From positions 143,101 to 207,100 of the forward strand of contig MWCQ01000003.1 of the NCBI GenBank assembly GCA_002070105.1: a stretch of DNA of 64,000 nt, in the 5' to 3' direction. Numbering within the stretch: position 1 is the first letter of the stretch; each line of letters begins with the position of its first letter. The notes beneath the pieces were generated by a model. That model worked only from the letters and a program-made list of their open reading frames with translations. It was not told where the DNA came from and searched no databases. Of the stretch, positions 52,948 through 61,620 are shown piece after piece. Source of the DNA: Firmicutes bacterium ADurb.Bin193 (GTDB lineage: Bacteria; Bacillota; Clostridia; Monoglobales; Firm-18). A program made the translations under genes and the position numbers.

Positions 52948-53880
52948 TTAAGATAAGCCTGATAAAGACCTCATAACAAGATCAACGTCTTGATTCTCAA
53001 GTTCCTGAATAATATGTATATATGTCTTTTGTGTTGTCGTAATGCTCGCGTGTCCCAAGCGTCTTGCTACACTTGCAATCGAGACACCAGCAAACAACAA
53101 AAGTGATGCATGTGTATGTCGCAAACCATGTACTGAAATAACTGGTATTTTCGCTTTCTTACAATGTCTTTCAAGGATATCGTTAACCGTTGAGTTATAA
53201 ACCTCGCGATTATTTTTTATAAAGATAGGATTATCCGCAGGAAGATTTTTTACAAGTTCTGAAAACTGAATAACCGTCTGCCAATCCATTTGGATTTTTC
53301 TTACAGATGATTTATTCTTGGTAGGCTGAAACCCTCCATTACCTTTATAATCCCAAGTTTTACTTATCGACAAAGACTGATGTGCAAAATCAAAATCCCG
53401 CGGTGTAAGTGCCAATGCTTCGGAAAACCTCATTCCGGTTTTTGCAATTAACAATATAAACCAGTCCCAATTAATCTCATCTTTTAAGTTTAACGATTTA
53501 ATTAGGGTATGAAGTTCGTACTGATTCAAGTATTTTGTCTTTTTGGGACAAGGTTGCTTTCCCTTAATGATTGCCTTTCTTGTTGGATCCCTTTCCACTA
53601 ATCCATCATCTACCGCGTCCTGAATCGCACCTTTGAGTTGATGATGAAAATCCATGGTCGTCTGTCGTTCGTGATAACGTGCGTAATCATTTAGCATTTG
53701 CTGATAAGTGATTCTGTTGAGTTCGCATAATTTCAGGTTAGGAATGAGTTTCTCGAGCCACGAATGTGTCATTAAATACTTATCCATTGTCACTTTACGA
53801 ACTGCCCCCTCCTTATACACCTTAATCCATTGAGCATAATAATCACTAAATAAATCGTCTGGTTTTGTTTTGCTTAGCAT
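52948..53880 (-). CDS. tyrosine site-specific recombinase (phage-integrase family)
   Basis: 310 aa. Contains GMRFSEALAL (Arg), HGLRHTHASLLL (HxxR) and QKTYIH (Tyr). The gene is bracketed by the hsdS inverted repeats. Confidence 0.9.
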   Translation of the reverse strand: MLSKTKPDDLFSDYYAQWIKVYKEGAVRKVTMDKYLMTHSWLEKLIPNLKLCELNRITYQQMLNDYARYHERQTTMDFHHQLKGAIQDAVDDGLVERDPTRKAIIKGKQPCPKKTKYLNQYELHTLIKSLNLKDEINWDWFILLIAKTGMRFSEALALTPRDFDFAHQSLSISKTWDYKGNGGFQPTKNKSSVRKIQMDWQTVIQFSELVKNLPADNPIFIKNNREVYNSTVNDILERHCKKAKIPVISVHGLRHTHASLLLFAGVSIASVARRLGHASITTTQKTYIHIIQELENQDVDLVMRSLSGLS

Positions 53881-54451
53881 TTTTAACCTCCTGTTTGATT
53901 ATTATTTGCTCACGCTGATGAAGGGTGATAAGATTGTCTATATATTTGAAGAAATCGCCAATTTGCTTCTGCTCCTGTGGATTACTCGGCGAGTAAACTT
54001 CAATCTGTGCTAAATCATTAGAGTTAATTGCGGGATAGCTTGTACCGGTACAATTATCCAAAACAACTTTCACGAATCCTTCGTTCTGAACAAGACAGAG
54101 TAAGAATCTTCCGTCTACGAGAGGACGCATTTGTGCGTACCCCGTTGAAAAAACATAGTGTTTATCAGGCTTTTCAAATAAATAATTGTTTTTCTGATAT
54201 GGCCTAACCGTCTGATAAAAAAGATCTCCTGTCTGAGCTAAGCGCTGCGCTCTTGATGGTGCTGTCGCTTTCGCTTCAGTTCGGTGCGAAAGCATCTCTG
54301 TGCCAACTACTGACTCCAGATCGACATACTCAAATACATCCGGCAGCTCAGCTTTTGGATTGAATAATGCCAGCTCATTTAGCTTACGCTGTTCCCAAGC
54401 AAGAGAAAAGAGCCAAGGTTTTCCTTGACTCCCTTGAAACCGATGTTTCAT
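53846..54451 (-). CDS. hsdS: half-size HsdS (single TRD)
   Basis: 201 aa. N-terminal conserved region (AWEQRKLNEL), one TRD, then EQKQIGDFFKYIDNLITLHQRE, and it ends there. The start abuts the hsdR stop and the 3' end overlaps the integrase start. Confidence 0.8.
   Translation of the reverse strand: MKHRFQGSQGKPWLFSLAWEQRKLNELALFNPKAELPDVFEYVDLESVVGTEMLSHRTEAKATAPSRAQRLAQTGDLFYQTVRPYQKNNYLFEKPDKHYVFSTGYAQMRPLVDGRFLLCLVQNEGFVKVVLDNCTGTSYPAINSNDLAQIEVYSPSNPQEQKQIGDFFKYIDNLITLHQREQIIIKQEVKNAKQNKTRRFI
53908..53932. repeat. inverted repeat arm 2 (inside the half-hsdS)
   Basis: TGCTCACGCTGATGAAGGGTGATAAG, partner of 52903-52927. Confidence 0.85.
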
Positions 54452-54452
54452 G

Positions 54453-57400
54453 TCATTGTTGATCTAGTATATCTATCTCATAACCACCATTTATTATAAA
54501 ATTTCTAAGCAACTCATCAACTTTGTTGTTAACTCTGAACATGGGAATAGAATTGCCCTCAACAGCTTCAAAATATGCTTTTGCCTTTGTCTTATCAACA
54601 GTTGCTTTCAGATTGTCAAGTCGTCCGTATTCATTGATAGTGGCATCATCCACTTTAAGGTCCATCATTTTTCTTAGCTGCTGCTCATCCAGACCAAGCG
54701 CTACAGAGAGCTTATGGATTTGATCATCCTTTGCCCGTTGCATATATTCGTTGATATAATCTCTCAATGTCTTGCCGGATTCAACACTAACATCACCCGT
54801 CTGAAGATCATGTAGGAAAATGTTTGCATATTTTTGTTCTTCCTGTGTCAATGTGGCAAAAGTTTTATGTAACTCATCTCTTGCACTTTTGACATCTTCA
54901 TCACTACCGTTTGTTAGCGCCTTTTTATACTTTTCAAAGCGGGAATTCATGTAATCGGCATCGATTTCTTCTGTGTTGATCGTGGTAAGATACCCCGCCA
55001 AGTCGTAAGGCGAATCTTCTTTCGAACCGCCCGTCCCTTCAGAAAACAGCTCTTTGTAACGCAAAGCAAGGATTTTATATTCTTTCTCATCAAGAAGCAA
55101 AACAATTTTCTTAACTTCTCCCGTTGCCTTATCAGCGAAAGAATATTCTAATTTATCCCACACAAATCCTTGGACCTTGGCAGCTTCAAGATATTCATTG
55201 AACTGCTTAAACAGCTTTGCAAACTGTTTTCGTTCCGGTATATTCTCCGGCAACTTTTCAAAGTTAAATATTCTTGACTGCTCAAACAGATTTTTTATTT
55301 GTACGAATATCGCATTCATATTTTCAAGATTTTTGTCAAGCTTTATTGCAAACATTCCAAGCGGCTTATCCCCGGAATATAGTTTTACCGCTGCATCAAT
55401 ATTACGTTCCATTGTATATGGCGCACGATAATATTTGATAGTACCAAAAGGCTTATCCGGACCAAAGAGGCGATTTGTTCTGGAAAACGCCTGAATTATA
55501 TTTTCATAGCGTATTACCTTGTCAAGATACAAAACATTAATCCATTTGGAATCATATCCGGTAAGCATTTGATCTACAACAATCAATAGGTCAATCTTTT
55601 CTTCGGGCTTATTATCAATCCTTTCATAAGGCTTTTTGTGTGCCAGTCGAGCCTGAATATCCTTTTTCATTTTTCCGTATGTAGAAATTGTAAAGGTCTG
55701 CCCATAGAGCTTATTATAATCGGAAATGATCTCAAGTAAGGCGTCTTCTTTTTCAATGCCTGTGCCATTATTATCAATGCTCGGATCAAAAAGGGCAGTT
55801 ACTTTAAGATGAGGCGCCTCTTCCTTGAACCGCTTATAATACTGCACTGCTTCTGGAATGCTGGAAGTTGCGAACAAGCCGTGGAACTTATGATTATGAC
55901 TGATAACAATCCAGTTATCAATAATATCCCGAACTACCATTTTTTGATGTTCTTCAGTGCGATACTGCCCATTATCCAGAAGAAAATCTTCAATACCTTT
56001 AACATATGTTCCGTCAGTTTGATAGTAACCGGCCATTGGCACATCATTTATGTATTTATAATAAATTTTTTTCTTTTTAGGATCTTTGAAAACTTCATCT
56101 ACCGATGAAGCCTTTGCCATACCCAAGGCAACCGCCCGTCGCATATCACTTTCCTTAAAGGTCAGAACTTTATCCGGGTCAAAACCTAATACATTCTTGT
56201 CACGAATACCGTCAGCTATGCTGTAACGGTGCAACTCGTTACCAAAAACATCTGCGGTCGTGCAACCTTTTTTCTCATTTTCAATATGAATCGGCGTTCC
56301 GGTAAAGCCAAAAAACAGCGCTTTGGGGAAGGTTTGCTTTATTACGCCCATCATCTCCCCAAAAGTAGAGCGATGGCATTCGTCAACAATAAACACAATT
56401 CGTTTTTCACAAATTAAATCAAGATCGCTTTTTTTCAATTGTCCTTCAGTATCATTTTTGATATTACTCATTTTCTGAATTGAAGTAACTATCAAAGTGT
56501 TTGCAGGATCGTTGCTTTTCAGTTTTGCAATTAAAACAGCGGTGTCTTCAGTTTCCTGAATAGAATCTGTTTCATCCGCAAAACCACGATATTCATTTGC
56601 GCTTTGTGTGCCAAGCTCTATGCGGTCAATGAGAAACACCACTTTATCGGCATCCTTTGAGTTAGCAATAAGTTGAGCGGACTTGAAGGATGTCATAGTT
56701 TTGCCTGAACCTGTTGTATGCCAGACATAGCCGCCGAGCTGATTTCCACTTTCCCACTTGTGTTTGGCAACTGTATCGGAAATCTTGTTAGCTGCGTAAT
56801 ATTGGTACGAACGCATAACTTTTAAAACACCGTCAGAATTATCTGCAACGGTATAAAAACCGATGAGCTGATGAGCCATAGGAATGGACAATAATGTATA
56901 AGCAACCATCTTCCAGTCATTTATCGGTTCATTGTTAAAATCCGCCCAATGAAAATAAAAATCTGTGTTAAATTTGCCGTCCGGTCCGGGATTGGCAAAA
57001 TATAAAGCCTCTTCAGGATTCATGGCAACAAATACTTGCACCAGTGAAAACAACCCCGTAAACACACCTTCATGAGCATACTTTTCAATCTGATTATATG
57101 CCTGCGACACAGGGATACCACTTCTTTTCAGTTCCACATGTATAAGCGGCATTCCGTTAATCAGCAGCATAAAGTCGCCTCGTCTATCAGGCAGAATACT
57201 TGACTTGGCCGTAAATTTTGGTTGCCTTGCAATCTGATAACGGCTTTGTCCAGCGGCAATTTCCTGCCGGTCATAGATTTTTAAGCTGACCTCCTTGCCA
57301 AAATGGGCTTTATCGTCCGGATTGTCACGAATAATTGATACGGTTTTGCCGTTGATAAATCCATTGAGTTTTAGCGGAGTTTTAAGTACTTCAATCTGTG

Positions 57401-57608
57401 TAAGTATCTGCCGCATTTCTCCTTCTGTCAGTGGGTAATCATTCAGACGGTCAATGCTACGGTTGTTCTCAAAAAGAATATTGGCCCAGTTTTGCAATAA
57501 CTCTTTTTCAGTTTTGTATTCCAAAACCTCAGGCTCCCATCCGCAGGAATCCGTCAGCAATTTTATGAGCGCATCTTCAAATTCGGATTCTTTTGTAAAT
57601 GCCATCAT
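54453..57608 (-). CDS. hsdR: Type I restriction enzyme R subunit
   Basis: 1051 aa. N-terminal PD-(D/E)xK region (DFMLLINGMPLIHVELK) and SF2 helicase motifs (HTTGSGKTMTSF, FIVDECHRS, TGTPI, QAFSRTNR). Confidence 0.95.
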   Translation of the reverse strand: MMAFTKESEFEDALIKLLTDSCGWEPEVLEYKTEKELLQNWANILFENNRSIDRLNDYPLTEGEMRQILTQIEVLKTPLKLNGFINGKTVSIIRDNPDDKAHFGKEVSLKIYDRQEIAAGQSRYQIARQPKFTAKSSILPDRRGDFMLLINGMPLIHVELKRSGIPVSQAYNQIEKYAHEGVFTGLFSLVQVFVAMNPEEALYFANPGPDGKFNTDFYFHWADFNNEPINDWKMVAYTLLSIPMAHQLIGFYTVADNSDGVLKVMRSYQYYAANKISDTVAKHKWESGNQLGGYVWHTTGSGKTMTSFKSAQLIANSKDADKVVFLIDRIELGTQSANEYRGFADETDSIQETEDTAVLIAKLKSNDPANTLIVTSIQKMSNIKNDTEGQLKKSDLDLICEKRIVFIVDECHRSTFGEMMGVIKQTFPKALFFGFTGTPIHIENEKKGCTTADVFGNELHRYSIADGIRDKNVLGFDPDKVLTFKESDMRRAVALGMAKASSVDEVFKDPKKKKIYYKYINDVPMAGYYQTDGTYVKGIEDFLLDNGQYRTEEHQKMVVRDIIDNWIVISHNHKFHGLFATSSIPEAVQYYKRFKEEAPHLKVTALFDPSIDNNGTGIEKEDALLEIISDYNKLYGQTFTISTYGKMKKDIQARLAHKKPYERIDNKPEEKIDLLIVVDQMLTGYDSKWINVLYLDKVIRYENIIQAFSRTNRLFGPDKPFGTIKYYRAPYTMERNIDAAVKLYSGDKPLGMFAIKLDKNLENMNAIFVQIKNLFEQSRIFNFEKLPENIPERKQFAKLFKQFNEYLEAAKVQGFVWDKLEYSFADKATGEVKKIVLLLDEKEYKILALRYKELFSEGTGGSKEDSPYDLAGYLTTINTEEIDADYMNSRFEKYKKALTNGSDEDVKSARDELHKTFATLTQEEQKYANIFLHDLQTGDVSVESGKTLRDYINEYMQRAKDDQIHKLSVALGLDEQQLRKMMDLKVDDATINEYGRLDNLKATVDKTKAKAYFEAVEGNSIPMFRVNNKVDELLRNFIINGGYEIDILDQQ

Positions 57609-57617
57609 ACCGCTCCT

Positions 57618-58235
57618 TTACTTTTCGTCTCTGATATTTTCCGTTTTATAGACATTGTATCCCTCATAATGATAGCTTGCGTCAATGCCTTTAATATAGA
57701 CCTCGCGGTCATTGATTTTATCCGTCAAGGCGGCTTTCAAAAGCACCTTGATTTCTACATCTTTAATTGGGCTGCGCTCCATTGCAAGAAGATAATCTTC
57801 CTTCTCGACCTTGCTCCAGTCAATGACCATTTTGAGTTCTTTTTTTAGAATTGCATCCAGCCAAATACGAGTACTTCTGCCGTTACCCTCACGGAAGGGA
57901 TGGGCAATATTCATTTCGACATACTTCTCGATTATTTCATCGAAAGTGGATTGCGGCATTTTTTCAATGTTATCCAGTGCCGCCTTCAGATACATCACCG
58001 GCGCAAAGCGAAAATTGCCCTTTGCAATGTTCACATCACGTATTTTCCCGGCAAAATCATAAATTTCTTCAAACAAATACCTGTGGATCATCGCAAGTCC
58101 TTCAAAGGTTCCGACCGGGAAAGTGTCCAAAAGGCCGGTTTCAAAAAGTTCCAAAGCCTTTTTTTTGCTGATTTTTTCTTCCGCACGGGCAAGTTCGGCA
58201 GGATCCGTAATACCCAGTTTATTTTCTAATGCCAT
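57618..58235 (-). CDS. fic: Fic-domain protein (class III-like, C-terminal inhibitory motif)
   Basis: 205 aa. Canonical [12 protein letters not shown] motif. The C-terminal SYHYEG fits the autoinhibitory (S/T)xxxE(G/N) motif. The gene is wedged between hsdS (17 nt gap) and hsdR (9 nt gap). Confidence 0.9.
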   Translation of the reverse strand: MALENKLGITDPAELARAEEKISKKKALELFETGLLDTFPVGTFEGLAMIHRYLFEEIYDFAGKIRDVNIAKGNFRFAPVMYLKAALDNIEKMPQSTFDEIIEKYVEMNIAHPFREGNGRSTRIWLDAILKKELKMVIDWSKVEKEDYLLAMERSPIKDVEIKVLLKAALTDKINDREVYIKGIDASYHYEGYNVYKTENIRDEK

Positions 58236-58252
58236 AAACTAACTCCTTTCTG

Positions 58253-59464
58253 TCAAACAAACATCTTTTCAAGACATGCTTTTTTAAAATTTTGCAACTT
58301 TTCCAACTTACGCTGATGAAGGGCGATAAGGTTGTCGAGGTTGCGGAAAAAGGTACCGATTTTAGTTTGTTCCTTCAAAGAAGGAACAAAAGTTTTTAAT
58401 TCAGAAAACTCTGTTTTATTTATTATCTGCATAGTTCCGGCTGCAGCTGAACTTTTCATTTTTTCAGACCATAATGCACTTTCTGAAAGTAAAAAATATG
58501 GAAAGTTTTCTTTTTCATTCGGTACTAATCCGTTAATCTGCTGGTTAAAACTGCCCGTAGTACCTAGCATCGTGTTCTTTCCTATACTGGCAATACTTGT
58601 TACTAAAACTGTATTTTGAGGAACAACGCGAGCAACTTTTTGCCCTTCTTCACTTAAACGTTTAGCAGTGTTAAAGGTAATATTCTCAGAAATATCCGTG
58701 GGTGTAACCCAAGGTATTCCATCGTCAGAATAGTATGCTTGAACCTGTGTTGATGGAGTTGAACCTGTAATAATTTCACCAAGTTCCCCCAACTTACGCT
58801 GTTCCCAAGCTTCAGTAAATCCCTTAAAACGAATTTTAGGGACATTGCTTCCGTTTTTTGGAAACATTTTTTCAAGACAAGATTTTTTGATGTTTTTTAA
58901 TTTGTCATACTTACGCTGATGAAGGGCGATAAGGTTGTCGAGGTTGCGGAAAAAGGTACCGATTTTAGTTTGTTCCTTCAAAGAAGGAACAAAAGTTTTT
59001 AATTCAGAAAACTCTGTTTTATTTATTATCTGCATAGTTCCGGCTGCAGCTGAACTTTTCATTTTTTCAGACCATAATGCACTTTCTGAAAGTAAAAAAT
59101 ATGGAAAGTTTTCTTTTTCATTCGGTACTAATCCGTTAATCTGCTGGTTAAAACTGCCCGTAGTACCTAGCATCGTGTTCTTTCCTATACTGGCAATACT
59201 TGTTACTAAAACTGTATTTTGAGGAACAACGCGAGCAACTTTTTGCCCTTCTTCACTTAAACGTTTAGCAGTGTTAAAGGTAATATTCTCAGAAATATCC
59301 GTGGGTGTAACCCAAGGTATTCCATCGTCAGAATAGTATGCTTGAACCTGTGTTGATGGAGTTGAACCTGTAATAATTTCACCAAGTTCCCCCAACTTAC
59401 GCTGTTCCCAAGCTTCAGTAAATCCGGCGAATCGAATAGCCGGTTTTCTCGCTGTTTCAGACAT
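58253..59464 (-). CDS. hsdS: Type I specificity subunit with two identical TRDs
   Basis: 403 aa. Residues of about 14-185 and 215-386 are identical. Conserved regions are FTEAWEQRKLGEL and NLDNLIALHQRK, each present twice. Confidence 0.93.
   Translation of the reverse strand: MSETARKPAIRFAGFTEAWEQRKLGELGEIITGSTPSTQVQAYYSDDGIPWVTPTDISENITFNTAKRLSEEGQKVARVVPQNTVLVTSIASIGKNTMLGTTGSFNQQINGLVPNEKENFPYFLLSESALWSEKMKSSAAAGTMQIINKTEFSELKTFVPSLKEQTKIGTFFRNLDNLIALHQRKYDKLKNIKKSCLEKMFPKNGSNVPKIRFKGFTEAWEQRKLGELGEIITGSTPSTQVQAYYSDDGIPWVTPTDISENITFNTAKRLSEEGQKVARVVPQNTVLVTSIASIGKNTMLGTTGSFNQQINGLVPNEKENFPYFLLSESALWSEKMKSSAAAGTMQIINKTEFSELKTFVPSLKEQTKIGTFFRNLDNLIALHQRKLEKLQNFKKACLEKMFV
58306..59425. repeat. 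517-bp perfect direct repeat, 603-bp period, inside hsdS
   Basis: On my read-through of the printed lines, 58306-58822 equals 59425-58909's interval 58909-59425 at every position. Independent support: track ORFs 58332-58619 and 58935-59222 give the same 95-aa peptide. Confidence 0.9.
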
Positions 59465-59466
59465 AC

Positions 59467-61428
59467 TTATTCACCTCCAAGAAGCTTTTTGAGCTCCGCA
59501 ATACCCTTCATGTCAAATTCATTGCCGGTTAATTCATCTAACATAGCACAAAGGGATGATTCCGTTTCGCGAATCTGTTCTTCCACCTCAAAGAATGTAG
59601 TCTCATACTTCTTTGCCAGCGCATTAAGCTTTAAAACAAATTCGTTCACAATTTTTTTAGGCAACTCAAAAAGACCTGAAAGAATAGGTGTAATCCATTT
59701 TAGTTTAAGCAACTCTTTTACCTGATTATCTGTCAGTTCTTCAATTGCCTTTTTGGTTTTCATTTGAAGCTCAGCCGCTTCTTCTTTCACCTTTTTCTTT
59801 AGAGTTTTTTCTTCTGTGTTTAAAGCATCATATTTTTTTAGTATCTCCAAAACTTCCGGCTCGACTTCATTTTCCTTGATTGCCTTTTTAACGGCAGCAG
59901 GAACAAACGCCGTTTTATCATCATTTACAAAATCCTTATCTTTTTCTTCTTCAGGCAATTCATCCAGCAGGGATTCATATTCAGAGGCAATTTCAGCAAG
60001 TCTGTTTTCGTTTGCTTTCTGCTGTGCAAGAGCATCGTGCAAGAACCTCTCCTGAACAAGTTCAAAAGGAATCACCCTGCCTACCCATCCGTCCTGCACT
60101 TCAATATCCTTGCCGTCCTTTTTCTTGACAATCATATTAGGATCGACCTTTTTGGTGGATTCAAATCCCTCCGTCTGGATTATTTCAAGATCAACGGCAA
60201 TGTTTAGCCATGCGTCATCCAGTATCTGATACGCTTCATATTTATCTACAAGGGGAATGCCATCAAGACTCTCAAAAATCTTTTCGGCAAGTTCATTTTC
60301 TTTCCTTGAAACGTTAATACTTTCCATTCCCGCAATCAATTCATTATACAGGAATTCCTCAAAGCCCTCGAAAGCAGTTTTAAATTTCTGCTCAAAGGAC
60401 TGAATGTCGGTATGCTCGATAACCGCATTTTTAATATCATCTGTATTAAAATGCCAATAAGCGGCAGAATCATCAGCAAAGAGTGCCTTTTTTAGGTTCG
60501 GAAACGCTGACCAGTATGCTGCCAGCTCATCCACTTCGCTTGCAGGAATACCACCGAACATAGAGGTATAAATATCCCAGCTTTCCGGCTTTTCGGAGGA
60601 ATCCACATAACGTGGAATATTGAGGTTATAATCATTCTTACGGATTTCATCGCGGGATACTACCCTTGAGAATTTCTCTACGGAAATGCGCTGTGTCACC
60701 ACATCCACAATCCGTTTTATATCGCAGGCTCGTAATTTGTTATTCTTACCTGCCTTTTCAAATCCTTTTGATGCGTCAATAATAAGTACATCGGTATTGC
60801 TGCGCTTCTGTTTAAGTACCATGATAATTGTAGGAATGCCCGTACCAAAAAAAATATTTGCAGGAAGGCCAATGATGGCATCAATCTTATTATTCTCAAT
60901 CAGGTTCTTGCGAATTTCACCTTCCTCACCGCCACGGAACAGAACGCCATGAGGTAATACAATCGTCATAATACCGTCAGGCTTGACATGATAGAGATCA
61001 TGAAGCAGAAATGCATAGTCTGCTTTGCCTTTTGGTGCAAGGCCATAGTCTTTATAACGAGGATCGGATTCCTTGTCGGAAGGATTCCAATGCTGAGAAT
61101 AGGGTGGATTTGAAACCACCGCATCAACATAAAGAGGGTTATATGTTCCAATAGGATCACTTTCTTCAAAGTAAGGCCAGTCATCCTCCAATGTATCTCC
61201 GTTACGGGTAACTATGTTATAATGGTTAATTCCTCGCATAATAAGATTCATACGAGTAAGGTTATAGGTGTTTTCCTTAAGCTCCTGTGCGTAGTATTTA
61301 ATTTTATCGCTGTTGCCCATATATTTTGCAACGCTTTTACCAATATTGATAAGTAATGAGCCGGAGCCGGAGGTCGGGTCTATAAAGACGCTGTCTTTGA
61401 TACAAACAGAAAAAGCCTTCTCTGGCAC
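59467..61428 (-). CDS. hsdM: Type I methyltransferase subunit, 5'-truncated (N-terminal domain and motif X missing)
   Basis: 653-aa ORF starting at GTG. Motif I (FIDPTSGSGSLL) sits at residue 15 and motif IV (NPPYSQHW) is present. A long helical C-terminal extension follows. The normal 150-200 aa N-terminal region is absent. Confidence 0.85.
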   Translation of the reverse strand: MPEKAFSVCIKDSVFIDPTSGSGSLLINIGKSVAKYMGNSDKIKYYAQELKENTYNLTRMNLIMRGINHYNIVTRNGDTLEDDWPYFEESDPIGTYNPLYVDAVVSNPPYSQHWNPSDKESDPRYKDYGLAPKGKADYAFLLHDLYHVKPDGIMTIVLPHGVLFRGGEEGEIRKNLIENNKIDAIIGLPANIFFGTGIPTIIMVLKQKRSNTDVLIIDASKGFEKAGKNNKLRACDIKRIVDVVTQRISVEKFSRVVSRDEIRKNDYNLNIPRYVDSSEKPESWDIYTSMFGGIPASEVDELAAYWSAFPNLKKALFADDSAAYWHFNTDDIKNAVIEHTDIQSFEQKFKTAFEGFEEFLYNELIAGMESINVSRKENELAEKIFESLDGIPLVDKYEAYQILDDAWLNIAVDLEIIQTEGFESTKKVDPNMIVKKKDGKDIEVQDGWVGRVIPFELVQERFLHDALAQQKANENRLAEIASEYESLLDELPEEEKDKDFVNDDKTAFVPAAVKKAIKENEVEPEVLEILKKYDALNTEEKTLKKKVKEEAAELQMKTKKAIEELTDNQVKELLKLKWITPILSGLFELPKKIVNEFVLKLNALAKKYETTFFEVEEQIRETESSLCAMLDELTGNEFDMKGIAELKKLLGGE

Positions 61429-61453
61429 ATAAGTGCTGAAAAAGGCTTGAAAT

Positions 61454-61510
61454 AAAGGGCTTTCGAGGTTCTGCTGTGTTCTACAGCAGAGCTTCGGAAG
61501 CCCTTTTTCT
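61454..61510. terminator. long hairpin terminator abutting the hsdM start
   Basis: AAAGGGCTTTCGAGGTTCTGCTGT-GTTC-TACAGCAGAGCTTCGGAAGCCCTTT followed by TTCTGTTT. T-rich on both strands. Confidence 0.7.
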
Positions 61511-61620
61511 GTTTATTCGATTGCCGCTGGCCGGTTCTGTGGTCTTCGGAACTTACCCCTCAAAACCGGCGGTCGGAGGAATAATTAAAAAGTGTGGAAT
61601 AATTAAAAGGTTCAATCAGC

